DNA of 57,059 nucleotides, counting the filler, from Trypethelium eluteriae (Eukaryota): the NCBI GenBank assembly GCA_051942245.1. It is 2 parts of 2 records of this genome, joined end to end, with 100 filler letters (N's around TTAATTAATTAA, not from the genome) between each part and the next. Parts side by side here need not be neighbours in the genome. Positions count along the whole stretch, not along the records: positions 1 to 28,506 come from JAVECL010000310.1; 1 more part is not named here. The stretch is one strand, 5' to 3'. Below the pieces are notes generated by a model. That model had not been told where the DNA came from. It ran no database searches and worked only from the letters and a program-made list of their open reading frames with translations. Position numbers and translations under genes: made by a program. Of the stretch, positions 1 through 12,810 are shown piece by piece. The stretch's first letter is position 1, and each line of letters starts with the position of its first letter.

Positions 1-53
1 CCCTACCCCCTCCTCCCAACCCCCCAGAAGCACGCATTTCCACCCTTTTCCCC

Positions 54-490
54 ATGGCGAAGAAAGGTAATCCATATCCTGTCCTGTCTTTTCGGCCTCC
101 AGCAGCAAGCAGCGGCGGCAGCAGCGCGAACGACTTGCAGAATCTAGACTAATGCACTCGCTTTCCTCGCCGCAGCAAAATCCCGCACCATCGCCGTGCG
201 CCTCATCTCCATGGCCATGACCGGCTACTATCGCACCCTCGTCCGCCCACGCGACCATCGCCCGCTGAGCATGCTCAAGTACGATCCCGTCGGTACGTTC
301 TTTTCTGAAACCCTAAAAGCTCCTGTTTTTCCTTGTCAGGGAGGGCGGCGGGAGGTAGGGGAGGCCGATAGCCAGTACAAGCAGGAGTAGGGATCAAGGG
401 CGAGCGAGAAGCTTGGCTAATGGATGCGGTGCGAAAACAGTGCGCAAAAAGGTGTTATTCCTCGAGCAGAAGCGCAGCGGGCGTCGGTAG
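54..490 (+). CDS. MRPL39: Mitochondrial ribosomal protein L33 (bL33m); exons 54-66, 176-292, 441-490
   Basis: Spliced translation [59 protein letters not shown] has the L33 signature (LxS...GY.Y...KYDP...VLF.E). Both introns are GT-AG with CTAAT branch sites and consistent phase. Confidence 0.92.
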
Positions 491-1075
491 TAGAATGATC
501 ACCCGTGGCTGGGTCAGCCAGCGTTTGGTCGGCGACCTTGAGAAGAGGTGGTGTGATCCGCGCAGGCCTTCTGAGACCAGTCTCAAGCCTGAATGCGTGC
601 AATAGGAGAAGGGCAGCGGACACGAGGGTCAAAGTCGTGGCATCAGTTGAGGGAGAGCTTGTACAATACACGGAATGGAATGGGCATAGCATCGGCGCAA
701 AGGAGAGCAAGCAATGCTCATCTGTTTTTTGTCTACGTATAGTAACGCTGCCATCACAAGAAGCCATTCAGCTCACAGCAAGATTATCTTAGAAAACATC
801 TCCCGTGGGCATAGATTTGCATAATGTTGCCCAAATATCGAGCAAACGAGGACCATCGAGCTTGTCGAGCACGTCGAGGAAACGTGGCCAAGCACTTCGA
901 AGCCCTCAGAGATCAGCTGAACAAGATGGAATGAGCAAGATAGTCCCGCCTCTTCCATGATACCCCCAGATGATCGCGAGCTACCCCTTGAGCGAAATTT
1001 CTGCAAAACAGTAAAGCGTCTATGATTTGAGCTTGCTGGAGTCTCCGTGAGGACGAGAAGGCGCCAAAAGTCTTC

Positions 1076-4000
1076 TTACCTGCCTTCGAGCTCCTGGGAG
1101 AAACGAAGATCGTAACGGCTCTTGTCTTTCTTTGGGCGCTGACCACTCCGGCGAGAGGTGCTCTGCGAGCCTCGAACAGAAGACCGTATACGAGATCGTG
1201 CTGCTGGTAGAATCTCATGAGAGCCCTGGAATTGAGCCTGAGAGTCTGAAGTCTTGATCTTTAGGACGGGTCGGCTTTTACTCTCACTACTAGAAATCTT
1301 CGTCTGCTGCTTCTTCTGCAAGTGTGATTCCACCCTACCAATACCAGAGTGTTGAATCTGTGATTCAAATTCAAATCCTTTGTTATTGACGGCCTGGCGT
1401 GGTGATTCCGACCGATTGACTTGCTTATCCTGGCAAAAGTGAGGGGACGAGGTTTGAGCTGTAGCGCCTTGATGCTCAACTGAGTGGACTCCTTCTAGCC
1501 CAGACGCTCCAGTCTTGGACACTTGAGAGGACTTAAGCTTCTTGTCAGAGCCTTCGCGAGCCTCATCAAGGTCTGGTGCCGCTTGCCGCTTCAAATTACT
1601 ACGTGAGTCTTCATGACCTGGAAAGACGCGAGATGGACCATCAAATGTAGTCAATTTGGATGGGCTGCAATGTGCTGGAGACTTTGCCGGCACAGTTTGT
1701 GTGGTTGGGGTCCTGGGAACTTCTACGTCGCTGGGCGTCCTACTCCAGAGACGTCCCTGAGACGCAGTTGCTCTTACGGAAGTCTGATCGAGTTGGTGAA
1801 AGTCGTCGGTAAAGTTCCTGTCGTTAGAGGGGATCTTTGGTAGTTGAGCTAGATCAACTGGCACTTGCTGATGAACAAATCCAACAGGACGACGATCAAT
1901 TGACTTGCGTGACTCTGCTAGCCTTGGATTCTCTTCTGCATGTATTGTCGACACACGCAGTTGAGTGGTATCTTGCTGCTCCTGTAACGTAGATCCTTTC
2001 CGATGCCTAGCAACTTTTGATCCAGTATTCGGCCGGGCGAGGATTCTTTGAGGAGTACTGTCTTGAGAATGTCGCGGGCTGTCTCTATTTCCATGCCCAA
2101 TCAATTCTCCAAGAGGAGAGCCGCTGTGCACAGAGTGTGAGGATGGCCGTCTTTCATTAACCTGACTCTGCTGATGGTCCAAATCTAGCAAACTATTTGA
2201 CTGTGATGGTTCGGCATCCGAGAGTAGGGAGGAGTCGTGTTGCGTGTCCTCATTGAATACTGTGAACGCTGGTAGCGTCAGCACATCCAGCTGAGATGCC
2301 TGTGACTGAGGCCTGGGCTGATGGAAAAACACACCGTTTTCATTAAGTCTCTCTCGCCTTCCAAGCTCATTCTCCTTGTCGAAGTCTGGATCTTCGTGGA
2401 TATGAAAAGTCTTGCCTGCTTCGAAAGGGCTCTTGAATATATCGACACGCGAAGCAGAACGTCCACATCCAGACTGAGTATGTAAACTTCGTCGATTGGC
2501 GGAACTTGATGCTTGGGATTCCAATTGCGTCTGAAGGACCTGTGTCTCGGGTACGACTCGGCAATCAGTATGGGCTTGTTCTTCGAGTTTCTGCTTTATT
2601 GACTCAGTCTCGACGCAGGCCTCCAACAGTTGATCCAGCAGTGATGTATTCTCGACCTGACGCTTCTCTCTGGGGTCTCGTAAATCCTCGGCGCTGTCTT
2701 TTTGGTTGGCTTCCAATGTTGCTTGGAACTTTCGCTCGCAATTCAACATTGCCTGCCCAACCGGGTTCTGTGCATTCTCTAGAGTAGTTTCAGTCTGCTT
2801 CCGAGCATCTCCCGCCTCTGATACTTGCCGCGAGAGCCGTTTTGGCTGCCTCGCATTGTCCTCTTTATGTGAACTCTGCAAGGCCGCATATTGTCGTGTG
2901 AGCTTCTCTAGTTCTTGTTTAGCTGAGGTGTTGCCCGTTCCCATGCTACGCAGACTATCATCTTTGGAGCGACATTCTTGGCTTAGCGACGCAATTCGAT
3001 CTTTCAATTGCTGCATCTCTTGAGCGTTGGAGCTAGCCAATTGCACCGACTGCTGCAGTTGCTGAATCGTCTCAATGGACGCGGTCTGAGTTTTCCTCAA
3101 CCGAGCAATTTCCTGGTCTTTCCCGCGGACTTGTCCCAAAAGCGAAATGATTTGTGCCTCCGAAAGATCATTTTGTTCCATGCTGCTCTGTAATTGGCTC
3201 TCTAGCTCGCCTCGATGTTTTCGCACTTGCATCGAGGCATTCTCATTTGCTGCCTTCAGTTCTTGCTCCAACTTGTCCTTTTCTTCGTCAAAAGCCTTCC
3301 TCATAGCCTCCAAGTTCTGCGCTGTTTTTTGTTCCATATCCTTTCTTTCAAATTCAAATGACGCCACTTGTTCTGTAGTTTCTTTTACTTGAGCCTCAAG
3401 CTCTTCATTGCGTCTGCGAAGGTCTTTCTCAAGGGTATCTGCGCTTGCGACCCTCCTAGTCGCTTCCTTCGTTTCGGCCTTCATCGCTTCGAGCTGAACT
3501 TCGAAGCTCTCGTTCTTGGCTCGCATCTCCTCCAAAACAGTTTTCATGTCCTGCTGTAGGGTCCGAAGTGGCTGACTGGCATTGGCGTGTAGCTTGAGGT
3601 CGGAAATCCTGTCCTTCAGCGTAGTTTCACTTCCGCGGAGGCTTTCGATTTCCCTACGCAGAGCAGAGGCGATATCTTCCGAACGTGAAAGCTTCTGGTC
3701 AAGGGTAGATTTTGTTTCGCGAAGGCTGATGTTTTCTTGCTGCAGCGTCTGCGCCCGTTCTAGGTCGGTTCTCATTGACTGCAGTCCCTCAAGTAATCGT
3801 GTTTCCAGATAGGAGCCAGCACAATTCACTTCCTTCATGGTCTTTCCGAGTTCTTCAAGTTTAGTAGACACACTGCGAGATAAGTCAGACATGTCCACAA
3901 TATGTTCCAGCTAATGGCCATAATCTCACCTTGAAGATAGCTTGCCAATGAGCTCCTGGACTCTCTCCATGTCGAGAGTAGAAATGTCGCCGGCACATCG

Positions 4001-6625
4001 TAGGGACTCGATGTATTGCTTACAATCAGCAACCAAAGTCTGGGTCTCCTTGTCGATGGTGACTTCTTCAATGGAGATCTGCACATCCTCCAGCTTCTGC
4101 ATAGTGGCCTGACTCACACTTTGTACACATTCTTCTACTCTCCGAGGTGCCTCTCTGACATCTTCAAGATGTCGTTGCAGCGTTGCACACAGATCCCGCT
4201 GTTCCACAAGCATGCCCACCTTCTCATTTAGATTTGACTCTAACATCTCCTTCTCTTTGGTCACGCAAACTATGCGTGCTTGCAGGTCTGCAATCACGTC
4301 TTTGGACTCCCTGTGAAGGCTGTCGACCCTTTGTAGATTCGAGTCGAAATGCCTAACAAGCTTGACCCGCTCCGAGTCCTGGCACGCCTTGTCCTCCATT
4401 AATTGGGAGCAGTTTCTCTGGGCCTTTATGAGATCCTCTTTCACCCGGCTGAAGTCGGAAGAAAAGCCATGGACAAAGTTTTCAAGGACGGCAGCTCGTT
4501 TTCGCAGACTCTGAATTTGTTCCTGATCGTGCCGTGTCTTTGCAAGTAGCTGTTCTTTCTCAGCTTCCAGGATCTCCAATTTACTCTGCGCAACAGAGGC
4601 AGCGCGTTCTAGAGCACAAGTCTGTTGGAGTGATTCTCGCTTGCTGTTTGCTAGAGCTTCAGATGATTGCTGCTCGTCATGGCGAAGCTTTGTCTGAAGC
4701 ATATGCACAATATCCATCGTTCCTGCAACTGGCATGCTTGCTGGCCGCGTCGAGCTTGAACGGCTGCCATGCGTGATTTTGGGCATTTCAGACAGCACAC
4801 CAGATCGTGACATGGAATGCTTGGTTACTTTGAAGGGTCCTCCTTGAGACGATCTCTGATGGAGGCGAGGTTTTGCATTCTTTGCATCTAATGCACGAGC
4901 AGAAGTAAGAATGCTAGGTCGACTTTCCGAAAGATTCACACCATCTTCGAGATGAGCGCCCTTGGGATTATTCTCTGGAACGGATGGATGGCATTTTGGG
5001 TCTTGCGATCCGTTTTCTATGAGTATGGGTGAATCAGGCTGCCCGCCATCTTCATTGGACCCGGATTTCCTCGGATCGTGCTGGATAGTTCGAGGCATTT
5101 GGATCTCTTCATCAGGGTGTTCACTATTTGCTGTGCCAACGTCACGAGAGGGCCCTTCTACCTGAGACACGGCAACTGGTCGTGGAGATCCTAGGACTTC
5201 ATCGCGATCTCCAGTGGGAACGGCATGATCATCAGGTAAGGTTTTACTGTTCGTTGTGTCCGATGATCTTGGCTTTTGCTTGAAACTTTCCAGACCTTTT
5301 CCTAGTGCTTTGGGATCATTCAAAGTTGTTTCCAATCGTTGGCCGAACTTTGGTGGCCGGACTTTTAGAGCCTTCGCTGTTGCTCGAATTTTGGCAAGAT
5401 CGCCAGGGCCTCTAACGTTGCTACTTCTTGTATTCCACTCGTCGGGTTTGTTGATGCCGCGAGGCTGACCAGCAGAGCAGTCGTGATGATCAGTAACGAC
5501 TGGGTTGCCAATGAATACGCTACTTGTGGTTCGGGTGAGGGTTGGATTTGTATCATTTGGCAGAGAGAGAGGATGAGTGTTTTCCGTCTGAGGGTTGGAG
5601 TCGCTGGAATGTTTAGTACGATTCACACCTCCACTCGGTTCTATCTCTTCAATGCGGGCGTGATCGAGCTGTGTCTGCTCCTTCTCCAACTCCCGTAACG
5701 TTGCATCCTTTGGCGCGAGGACGCGAACTTCAGAAGGGATGTAGCGCGAATCTGTCATAGCGTCCGCAGTACTATGCAATTTAGAAGTCAATAACGACAT
5801 AACCTGCTTTAAAAAGGAGATGCAGCAATCTAGTGCAGCTACAGGCCCAGAAGGGGGGGACAATCATACCTCACATGTTCGGGGGCAGTTTCGTGCTGTA
5901 GCCGTCTCTTGGACAAGCTTGGTTCGGCATCTTCGGTGGGGGGTTCCTTTCCATGCTCCGGACGAAGGCTCCTCCTCTCCGGCTGCTCAGTCGTATGAAC
6001 CAACTCAGTGACTCCTTACATGCGTCAGTAAACTGAATGTCTGCACAGCAGGTATTACTTACGTCGAAGAGACGACTCGTTCTCTTCTTTAGGTACTTTA
6101 GCAGAACCAGTATTTTGAGCGACCTGTGGTCTCTTTGTGCCAGCGGGACCTTTGCGATTGCCAACAAAGTCCATCTTCGGCTTCTCTGCCTGACGCCACG
6201 TGAAAGCTGTCATGGGGTCATTGCCTGAAGAAGGAGGCCGCTTGAATAACTCTCCATCAGGGAGGGATCTTTTGGAAAGCTCAGAAGTCCTTTCGATGCT
6301 TACCGCCGCAGCTCGTAGTGCCTCCGGAGATGTTGGTATCTGTTGTTCACTGGTAGACTTACTCTCTCCTCGTAGAGTTTCCTTGCCGGACTCATGGTGC
6401 ATCTCAAACTCCCGCACCGGTATAAATTGACTGGTAACAGGCTCATCCGTGCCCGTTAAAAGGTTATGGTCGGAGTCCATGGCTGCACTGCACTGCACTG
6501 GTAACGAGAAGGAAGAGGATATACCCTTGATGGTCGTTGAGGGTCGATTTGTCTCATCAATGGGAAAAGTGAACAGTTGGCAAGCAGCCCTACTGAATGT
6601 CCGGCTCGGTTCGAGTGAGAACAGC
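1076..6625 (-). CDS. Large (~1800 aa) coiled-coil protein of unknown function; 5' end unresolved (extends beyond 6625)
   Basis: ORFs 6055-6498, 3926-5863 and 1076-3898 join in phase via introns 6015-6062 (GTAAGT..CTGAC..AAG), 5772-5869 (GTATGA..TAG) and 3873-3929 (GTGAGA..CTGAC..CAG). The central region is a long E/K/Q/L-rich heptad-like tract flanked by S/P-rich low-complexity ends, with a basic C-terminus. Confidence 0.75.
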
Positions 6626-7853
6626 TATCTATGAATATTCGCCATTCATCAATGCTATGAGCAAATGATGATGGAGTAGGAGATGAGGTGAACGGGCCTT
6701 GACTCAGTCGGAACTACGGCCAGGCACGTGCCCAATGTTGTTGCGCATACGTCAGACAGCACCTTCCATCTTGATGTATCTTAGATAAGAAATTTTAGGA
6801 TTTCTAGCACATCTGAAAGGGAAGGCAGGTTCCTCAGGGTAAGTTTGCATAAGGTATACACGTGTGTGCCGAATTGTAATAGATGGGGAGCGTGCGTAGA
6901 CTGCAAGGCGCTGCAGAAGTGTAAACGAGAGAGAGAGAAAGAGGAATTTATCACCTAGCTGTCTTAAAAATTGTTTCCTAAATTATCGACTGCACCAAAG
7001 TATTCATGGAATACTAAACGAGATAATGTAGATGCTCAATCTGCTTTCGCAGAGATTTGCCGACCTCATACTACCCATGCATCTGGCAGATTGAGCTGTA
7101 GCAGGGCCATCGAAACCTCATCCGTATGTATGATATTGAGTTGAGTTCAATGTACCTACGAGAAATGCACAGTCTAAGCCGTGCTCTGAGACCTCTATGC
7201 TAGAGAGTCATCACAAGTAGGCAAGGCTAGACGGCAAGTCAAGAAGGGCCACACATGAACGTGGCCCATGCGTAATCAGTCTCTGCCTGCAAAGCTACGC
7301 GTAATGAGGAATCATTGCCTTCGCAGGAACGCATTAAGACGGGCATGGCTCCACTGGCAAACTTAGTCTGCAGGTCAAGTTCTTAACCAAGCGTGTGCCT
7401 ATCAACGATCGTGCAGGAGAGAATAAGAGGTCGAAGGTGTAGTTCAGAAGCACGAGAGGATGCAGGGCGCAGCACGTCCCCCTTGCAGATCCGCGAATCA
7501 GATGGGCCATCACACTCCTTCCACAACCCCTAGTTTGCTGTAGCCGCCGAACGTCGCCAATGAATCTGCATGCAAGTCTACTGAAACCCATGCGCACAAT
7601 TTAATAAGACCAGAATGGACTTTCAATTGGACAAACGCAGCAAGAAATCCCAACATGTACGAGGGTCGTCACGTTTCCGGCAGCCGCCCGGCCACGATGG
7701 TCTGCATCTCCGGCACTCTAACTCTGGGCATTGAGGGAGTGTTCTGTAGGTATATAGCGACTATTTGATGCTGCTGCTTCTCCTTGAAATCCAGCAAAAG
7801 AACGTCTGACTATTGACTATCGAGGCGACTTGTCTGCATCTCAGTAGCCTAAG

Positions 7854-8429
7854 ATGTCGTTTTTGGCGTCGTCATCCTCATTTCTACGAGCAATCCTTTG
7901 CCTATTACTCATTGCGATTTTCACGGAGGCTCAGAACAGTGAAGATGGTCAGGGTTCTGGTGCCGTCAGCTCTGGTCAAAACGCCGCCAATGCCGGCAGC
8001 GCTGGTACGGATACCAGCGGTTTCTCCATGTCTACGGGCAGCTTCGTCGCTATCATAGTGGTCGTCGTAGTCGTTGCAGTGCTTGGAAGTAAGTTCTATT
8101 GACGTATTTCCCATAAGAGTATTATTGCTAATAATGGACTAGTTGCCTCTGCAACCCTCTTCTTTGTTGCAAAGAAACGCCAGTGGGAGATTCGCAAGAG
8201 CCTTAAGCGCATGTCAAGGCGCTTGACCGGCAGATCCGATGCACGAACTTCTCAGCGACAATCGCGTCGGCAAGCTGTGAGGATGCAATCACCCCAACGG
8301 GGGCCCAGAGACTTGGAAAAAGGAACTGCGCCAAGCAAGATCACTAGTACATTCAGTGCCGATACACCAACGACGAAGTCAGGGTGGACTACCAAGGTTT
8401 GGAGTGGAAAGAACACGGGTAGACCGTGA
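7854..8429 (+). CDS. Small single-pass membrane protein with signal peptide; exons 7854-8088, 8143-8429
   Basis: Hydrophobic N-terminus, S/G/A-rich linker, TM segment (FVAIIVVVVVVAVLGIASATLFFV) followed by basic KKRQWEIRK. Intron GTAAGT..GCTAAT..TAG is in phase. Confidence 0.8.
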
Positions 8430-9223
8430 AATCAAGAAGCTTTTGCTGCTGGCCAATGACTCCAGGCAAGCATAGCTCGTCTCATGGCCTGTTCTAGATG
8501 ATAATGTGGCAAACGGCGTTGCGCGAAGCCTAACAGGATAGTATTCAAGCAGATGATGTCCTTCTTGTATATATCGAATTCCTTCCCAGGTTTCTAGCGT
8601 GAGAATCATGTACATACTATATTGATGGCTGCCTCGCAATCTGCCTCTTGAGCTGCAAAGCATGGTGCTCCCGAAGTTGTGGCAGGCTGGTTACACAAAG
8701 TGCCCTCAAAGAAAGGCGCGAGAGCGGGTATTTCCTTCTTTATAAGTAGTCATGATCTAGGTATTCAACATTGGTTTTCAAACCTCGAAATTGCACGTCG
8801 ATTGACCATAAAAGCCGTGCGCTGAATGATTTCCTCTTAGAGTTTCCGGGACCTAGTCCAGGAAGTCCAATCAATCCACTCCACCGATTCCAACCTTAAA
8901 GAAATGGCTAAGACCAATGTGAGTAATAGGTCCGATATCTTATTCATGTTCATCAATCTCGGTATGAAAGACCGAAAGCTGCATGTGAGGGTCGTGAGAA
9001 GCATCTCTCGGAATCAGCCGAGCCTTCAAACCTGGACACAATGACGCAATTGGCTTCTGGGTTCCAGTTCCAACAGCAATGTCCAAAAGCAAGTGCATGT
9101 GCTCGCCTCCTGAGATTCCCTTTCTGCCTCTTCACATGCCGAAATTACACTCTCCTCGGATCTCAAGTAGTTATCTATCTTTGAAATATATACTTTCGTA
9201 AGAGTTCATCAACCACGAGAACA

Positions 9224-9753
9224 ATGTCCGAAGTTACCAAGTCAGGAGGCCAGCAAATCACAAAGCCCGCTCAGCAAGCTCCAAACGTAGAGCAAAGCGA
9301 GCAAACTGCAAGTGCAAGTGCAAAGGTATGTATCAATTTTCAATTTTGTTATTTGCTCCTCTTGAAAGCAGACAAGTTTTGAGTTTCGCCTTCCACTTCA
9401 ATACTATGCTCTCTTGAAAATAGCTTTCCTTGGGAACATTTTTACTACCAGTTAACTCCCTTCTTTGTTTAATTATTAACACCTTAGCTTATGTTGTTCA
9501 GGCTGGCGTCAATCTCAACCTTTTCGCCGCCGTCAGTGGTATCTTTGGTAGCAAAACGCAAAAGGAGACGAAACCCGATGGTTCTTCCACCGAGAACACT
9601 CAGTCGGCTGGCCGCGTGAAGGGAGCGGGCGTCGGCAACATGAGCGCAGTAGGGGAGGCCAATGCCCAGACCACAGATCGCAGGTTGAGAGCGAACGCGG
9701 CGCCTCAAGCTGTCGAGGCCCAGTCGCAACAGGCTATTGAGGATCGCAAGTAA
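9224..9753 (+). CDS. Small hydrophilic A/Q/S/G-rich protein (~117 aa), unknown; exons 9224-9325, 9502-9753
   Basis: ACAATG start; a phase-0 intron GTATGT..CAG joins MSEVTKSGG..ASAK to AGVNLNLFAAVSG..IEDRK*. Confidence 0.65.
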
Positions 9754-10041
9754 TTTATCAAGTGTTATCAAATTTGTCCCTGTCTACTGAGCTAGGTGTT
9801 AAGAGGTATTTAGATACCCGTAATTAATCGTCTTTCAACATATTGAGCAAGTGTTAAAGGAAGACCTGTGATATCTTTGACTGAGATGGGCTCACAGTAA
9901 CTCTCGAGTTATGGATTTCGCCTATCATATATCCAATGATACTGTTTTGGCTTCAGATAGCCAAGAAGCGCCTAAATGAGATTTGAGCTGTTCCCCAAGC
10001 TACCAGCTTCCCTAAAAATTGCTTTTAAATGTTGCGAATGA

Positions 10042-10829
10042 TTAGGAGACGTCTTCATCCATCAATTGCCATAATCGTCTCTGTCCGTCCATGTTTTCTT
10101 GTCGAAGCATTTCTTCATCACTCCTATCCTCTGTGGCCATTGCGCAGTCGCCCTCCTCCGTACCCAGTTTCGCGAGGACTTCCTCAATCTTCTCGCTCAT
10201 TCGATTGATTCCCTCAACCTCTGCTTCTTTTCTTGCGAGTTGCTCCTCCATCATCATAATTAATGTCTCGCGTGCTTGATGCGGCCGGTATTCATTGATT
10301 AGGGCATGGGAATTGTAGAGGAGTCTAATTAGGTGATCGATTTTGGGAGCGTACTGCGTAGGGTCGACAGCCAGCACTCCGACGAGTTCGAGAAAATTCA
10401 GAAGCATCGATTTAACAAATTTCTTCAGGTAGGAAGCGCGGTCGAGTGTCCATTCAGATTCGATTGCTTGGCCTGGAGGTGGCGAAGGGTAGAGTTGGAC
10501 CATACCGCGTTCCTTTAGCGAGACAAATGGCTGGCTGATCTGGAGAGGGTGAGTCTTATTATGGATTTCCGATCTGCGAAGATGCTTACATCAAGGTCGG
10601 CCCCAAAAGACCTACATTTTCCATCGCTTGGGGGCTCTGGCGGAATGAGACATTGCAGTTCTGGTGGGATTTCGACCTCAGGCTTTCCATCTGGAGCAAT
10701 ATCCTGGGAAGCTGAGGAACTCTGCTGAAGGTCCTTGAGTCGCGCAACATTCTTCGCGGTGAAGTGCTTGTAGTATGGCGGAGGAGCTGGGAAAGCTGCG
10801 GCAAGAGGCTGTCGCTGTTCCTCGCCCAT
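10042..10829 (-). CDS. MED7: Mediator complex subunit 7; intron 10540-10589
   Basis: N-terminal AFPAPPPYYKHFT, plus SMLLNFLELV and HALINEYRPHQARETLIMMMEEQL, are Med7 hallmarks. Intron is phase 0 GTAAGC..CAG. Confidence 0.93.
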
Positions 10830-11192
10830 TGCGCAATGTTTTTGCGCATTGAGTCAACTCTCAATGTCTAGGTAGTTGACAGACTCTACCTGTAGAGCTG
10901 TCTTCCATTGTTGGAAGCATGCCGGACAATAGGTAACGTCAGACCTCAGTGTGAGGGCGGAATTGTCCCAGCCCCCCCCGACGAAATGTCGCTGGGCGCT
11001 TGGGCCGCAACGTTCTCTTTTTGATGACAATCCAAGACATCTTGCCACGCTTGCCTAACACTCCGCATTTACTGCCCTACTGAGCGTTACATCTCTACAA
11101 TGCACTCTAGGATTTCATTATATCCAATTCTTGCCAATGGCTCTTGTTGCAATCACTCTATCTGAGACTGTGGATGAGCTTGATCCGAGAAA

Positions 11193-12422
11193 ATGGTTAC
11201 TGGTTCAGGCTTCGTGCCAACTGTGCGGCGCCTGTGGACAGTAAGTCAGACTTCTCTTCGAACATTGCCTGCTTAGTATCTTATTAATATCCCCAGAAAT
11301 CCTATGCATCTGATTATGTCGGCCTCGCCATAGTTGTCGCGGCTAATGCCCTGGTTAGTCGTAGTTGCAATAGCGTTATCCACGCATCCATGCTGAAGTG
11401 GCTGCGTTCAGATCGGACTTCTACCTTCTCCTTTTCATCAGATGTTCTCATTGGATGATACACGCATTCAATATCCTCACGCAGATCCGGAGCGGGTTCC
11501 AGTGTGTAAGACTATCCTTCATTCTTTTCGACTATTCATTTACACTTTTAGTCTGGCTATTACTCTTCGCTGGATTCTTACCCCTGGGTATACTAGTAGT
11601 TTGGTCTATTTTACTCCGACCTGGACTTCATAGAGCCCATGTCACCATTCTTGGGCTCTTCATTAGGTACGAAGCTCACCGGGCTTCTGGTAGCAGACCC
11701 GTGGCTAACCGACCTATAGTGTCTTGGTGACCAGTTTGATAACGGACGTGAGTCTTCGTCTACAGAATTTTTTTTGTTACAGCTGCTCACTTGGACAGAT
11801 CATCAAGAATGCTGTTGGCAGGCCGAGACCAGATTTGCTATCACGCTGCAAACCTGTAAAGCTGTCCTCCTATACACTATTTCATTCGGAGTTGACTGGA
11901 TGACAGAAACTTGACACCCCAAATCACGAGCTCGTCACAGTAGATGTGTGTACAGAGACGAATCATCACAAGCTGCACGACGGTTGGCGGAGTTTTCCAA
12001 GCGGACACAGTAGCTTCTCCTTCAGCGGTCTTGGGTATCTCTCTTTGTTCCTTGCTGGACAACTTCGCGTGCTCCGACCTCGTACAGACCTTGTGCGATT
12101 GCTCATAACCGCAGCACCCCTTGTTGGAGCTTTTCTCGTTGCCGTATCACGTATCGAGGATTATCGCCACGACAAGTATGATGTGACAGCAGGATCATTA
12201 CTAGGGTTGCTGGTCGCGTTTCTCACCTATCGGCGGTACTATCCGTCTCTGCGATCTCAGTCTTGTGATACCCCTCATCCAAATCGTGCTGACAACGATG
12301 GATTCAGTAAACTCAGGGACGAAGAAGAAGTAATAGGGTCCGCGGGTGAATATGAAGTGGAAGCTCTGGAAGATGGATCAGCTTCACATGAATCGCATCC
12401 TCTCACTTCAATTCAAAGATGA
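11193..12422 (+). CDS. DPP1: PAP2-family lipid phosphate / diacylglycerol pyrophosphate phosphatase (DPP1-like), 7 exons
   Basis: Three PAP2 motifs recovered after splicing: KNAVGRPRPD, SFPSGHSS, SRIEDYRHDKYDV. Six short GT-AG introns; start codon inferred. Confidence 0.88.
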
Positions 12423-12810
12423 AGTGCCCTTTACTTCGCGAGATGTATAGTAAAAGCGCACATTTTCTTGAAAGTGACTGTATATATAAATCGTATTCTT
12501 CGAGAATTCTGTCATTCAATGCGGACGCGATGAGCTCTGTGACAAGGATCGTGTATTATTATATACGGATGTTAATTTTAACATACCACAAACGAGTTTC
12601 GTAGGCAATTACATTTTACGGCAGAGAAAACTTGCCAAAAGAGGCAAGTTCCTTGCTCGGTCCTCGTAAAGCCGAGATAAAGATGAGGTCCGAGTGACTC
12701 ACCTACAACGCTTAACCATGCTTCCGCAGCAGCTTTAGCTAACTCCCTGCACATATCGCTCCAACAAAGGAATTGCGATCGCTACGGTGCACGCCAGTAT
12801 CCAGCACGAC

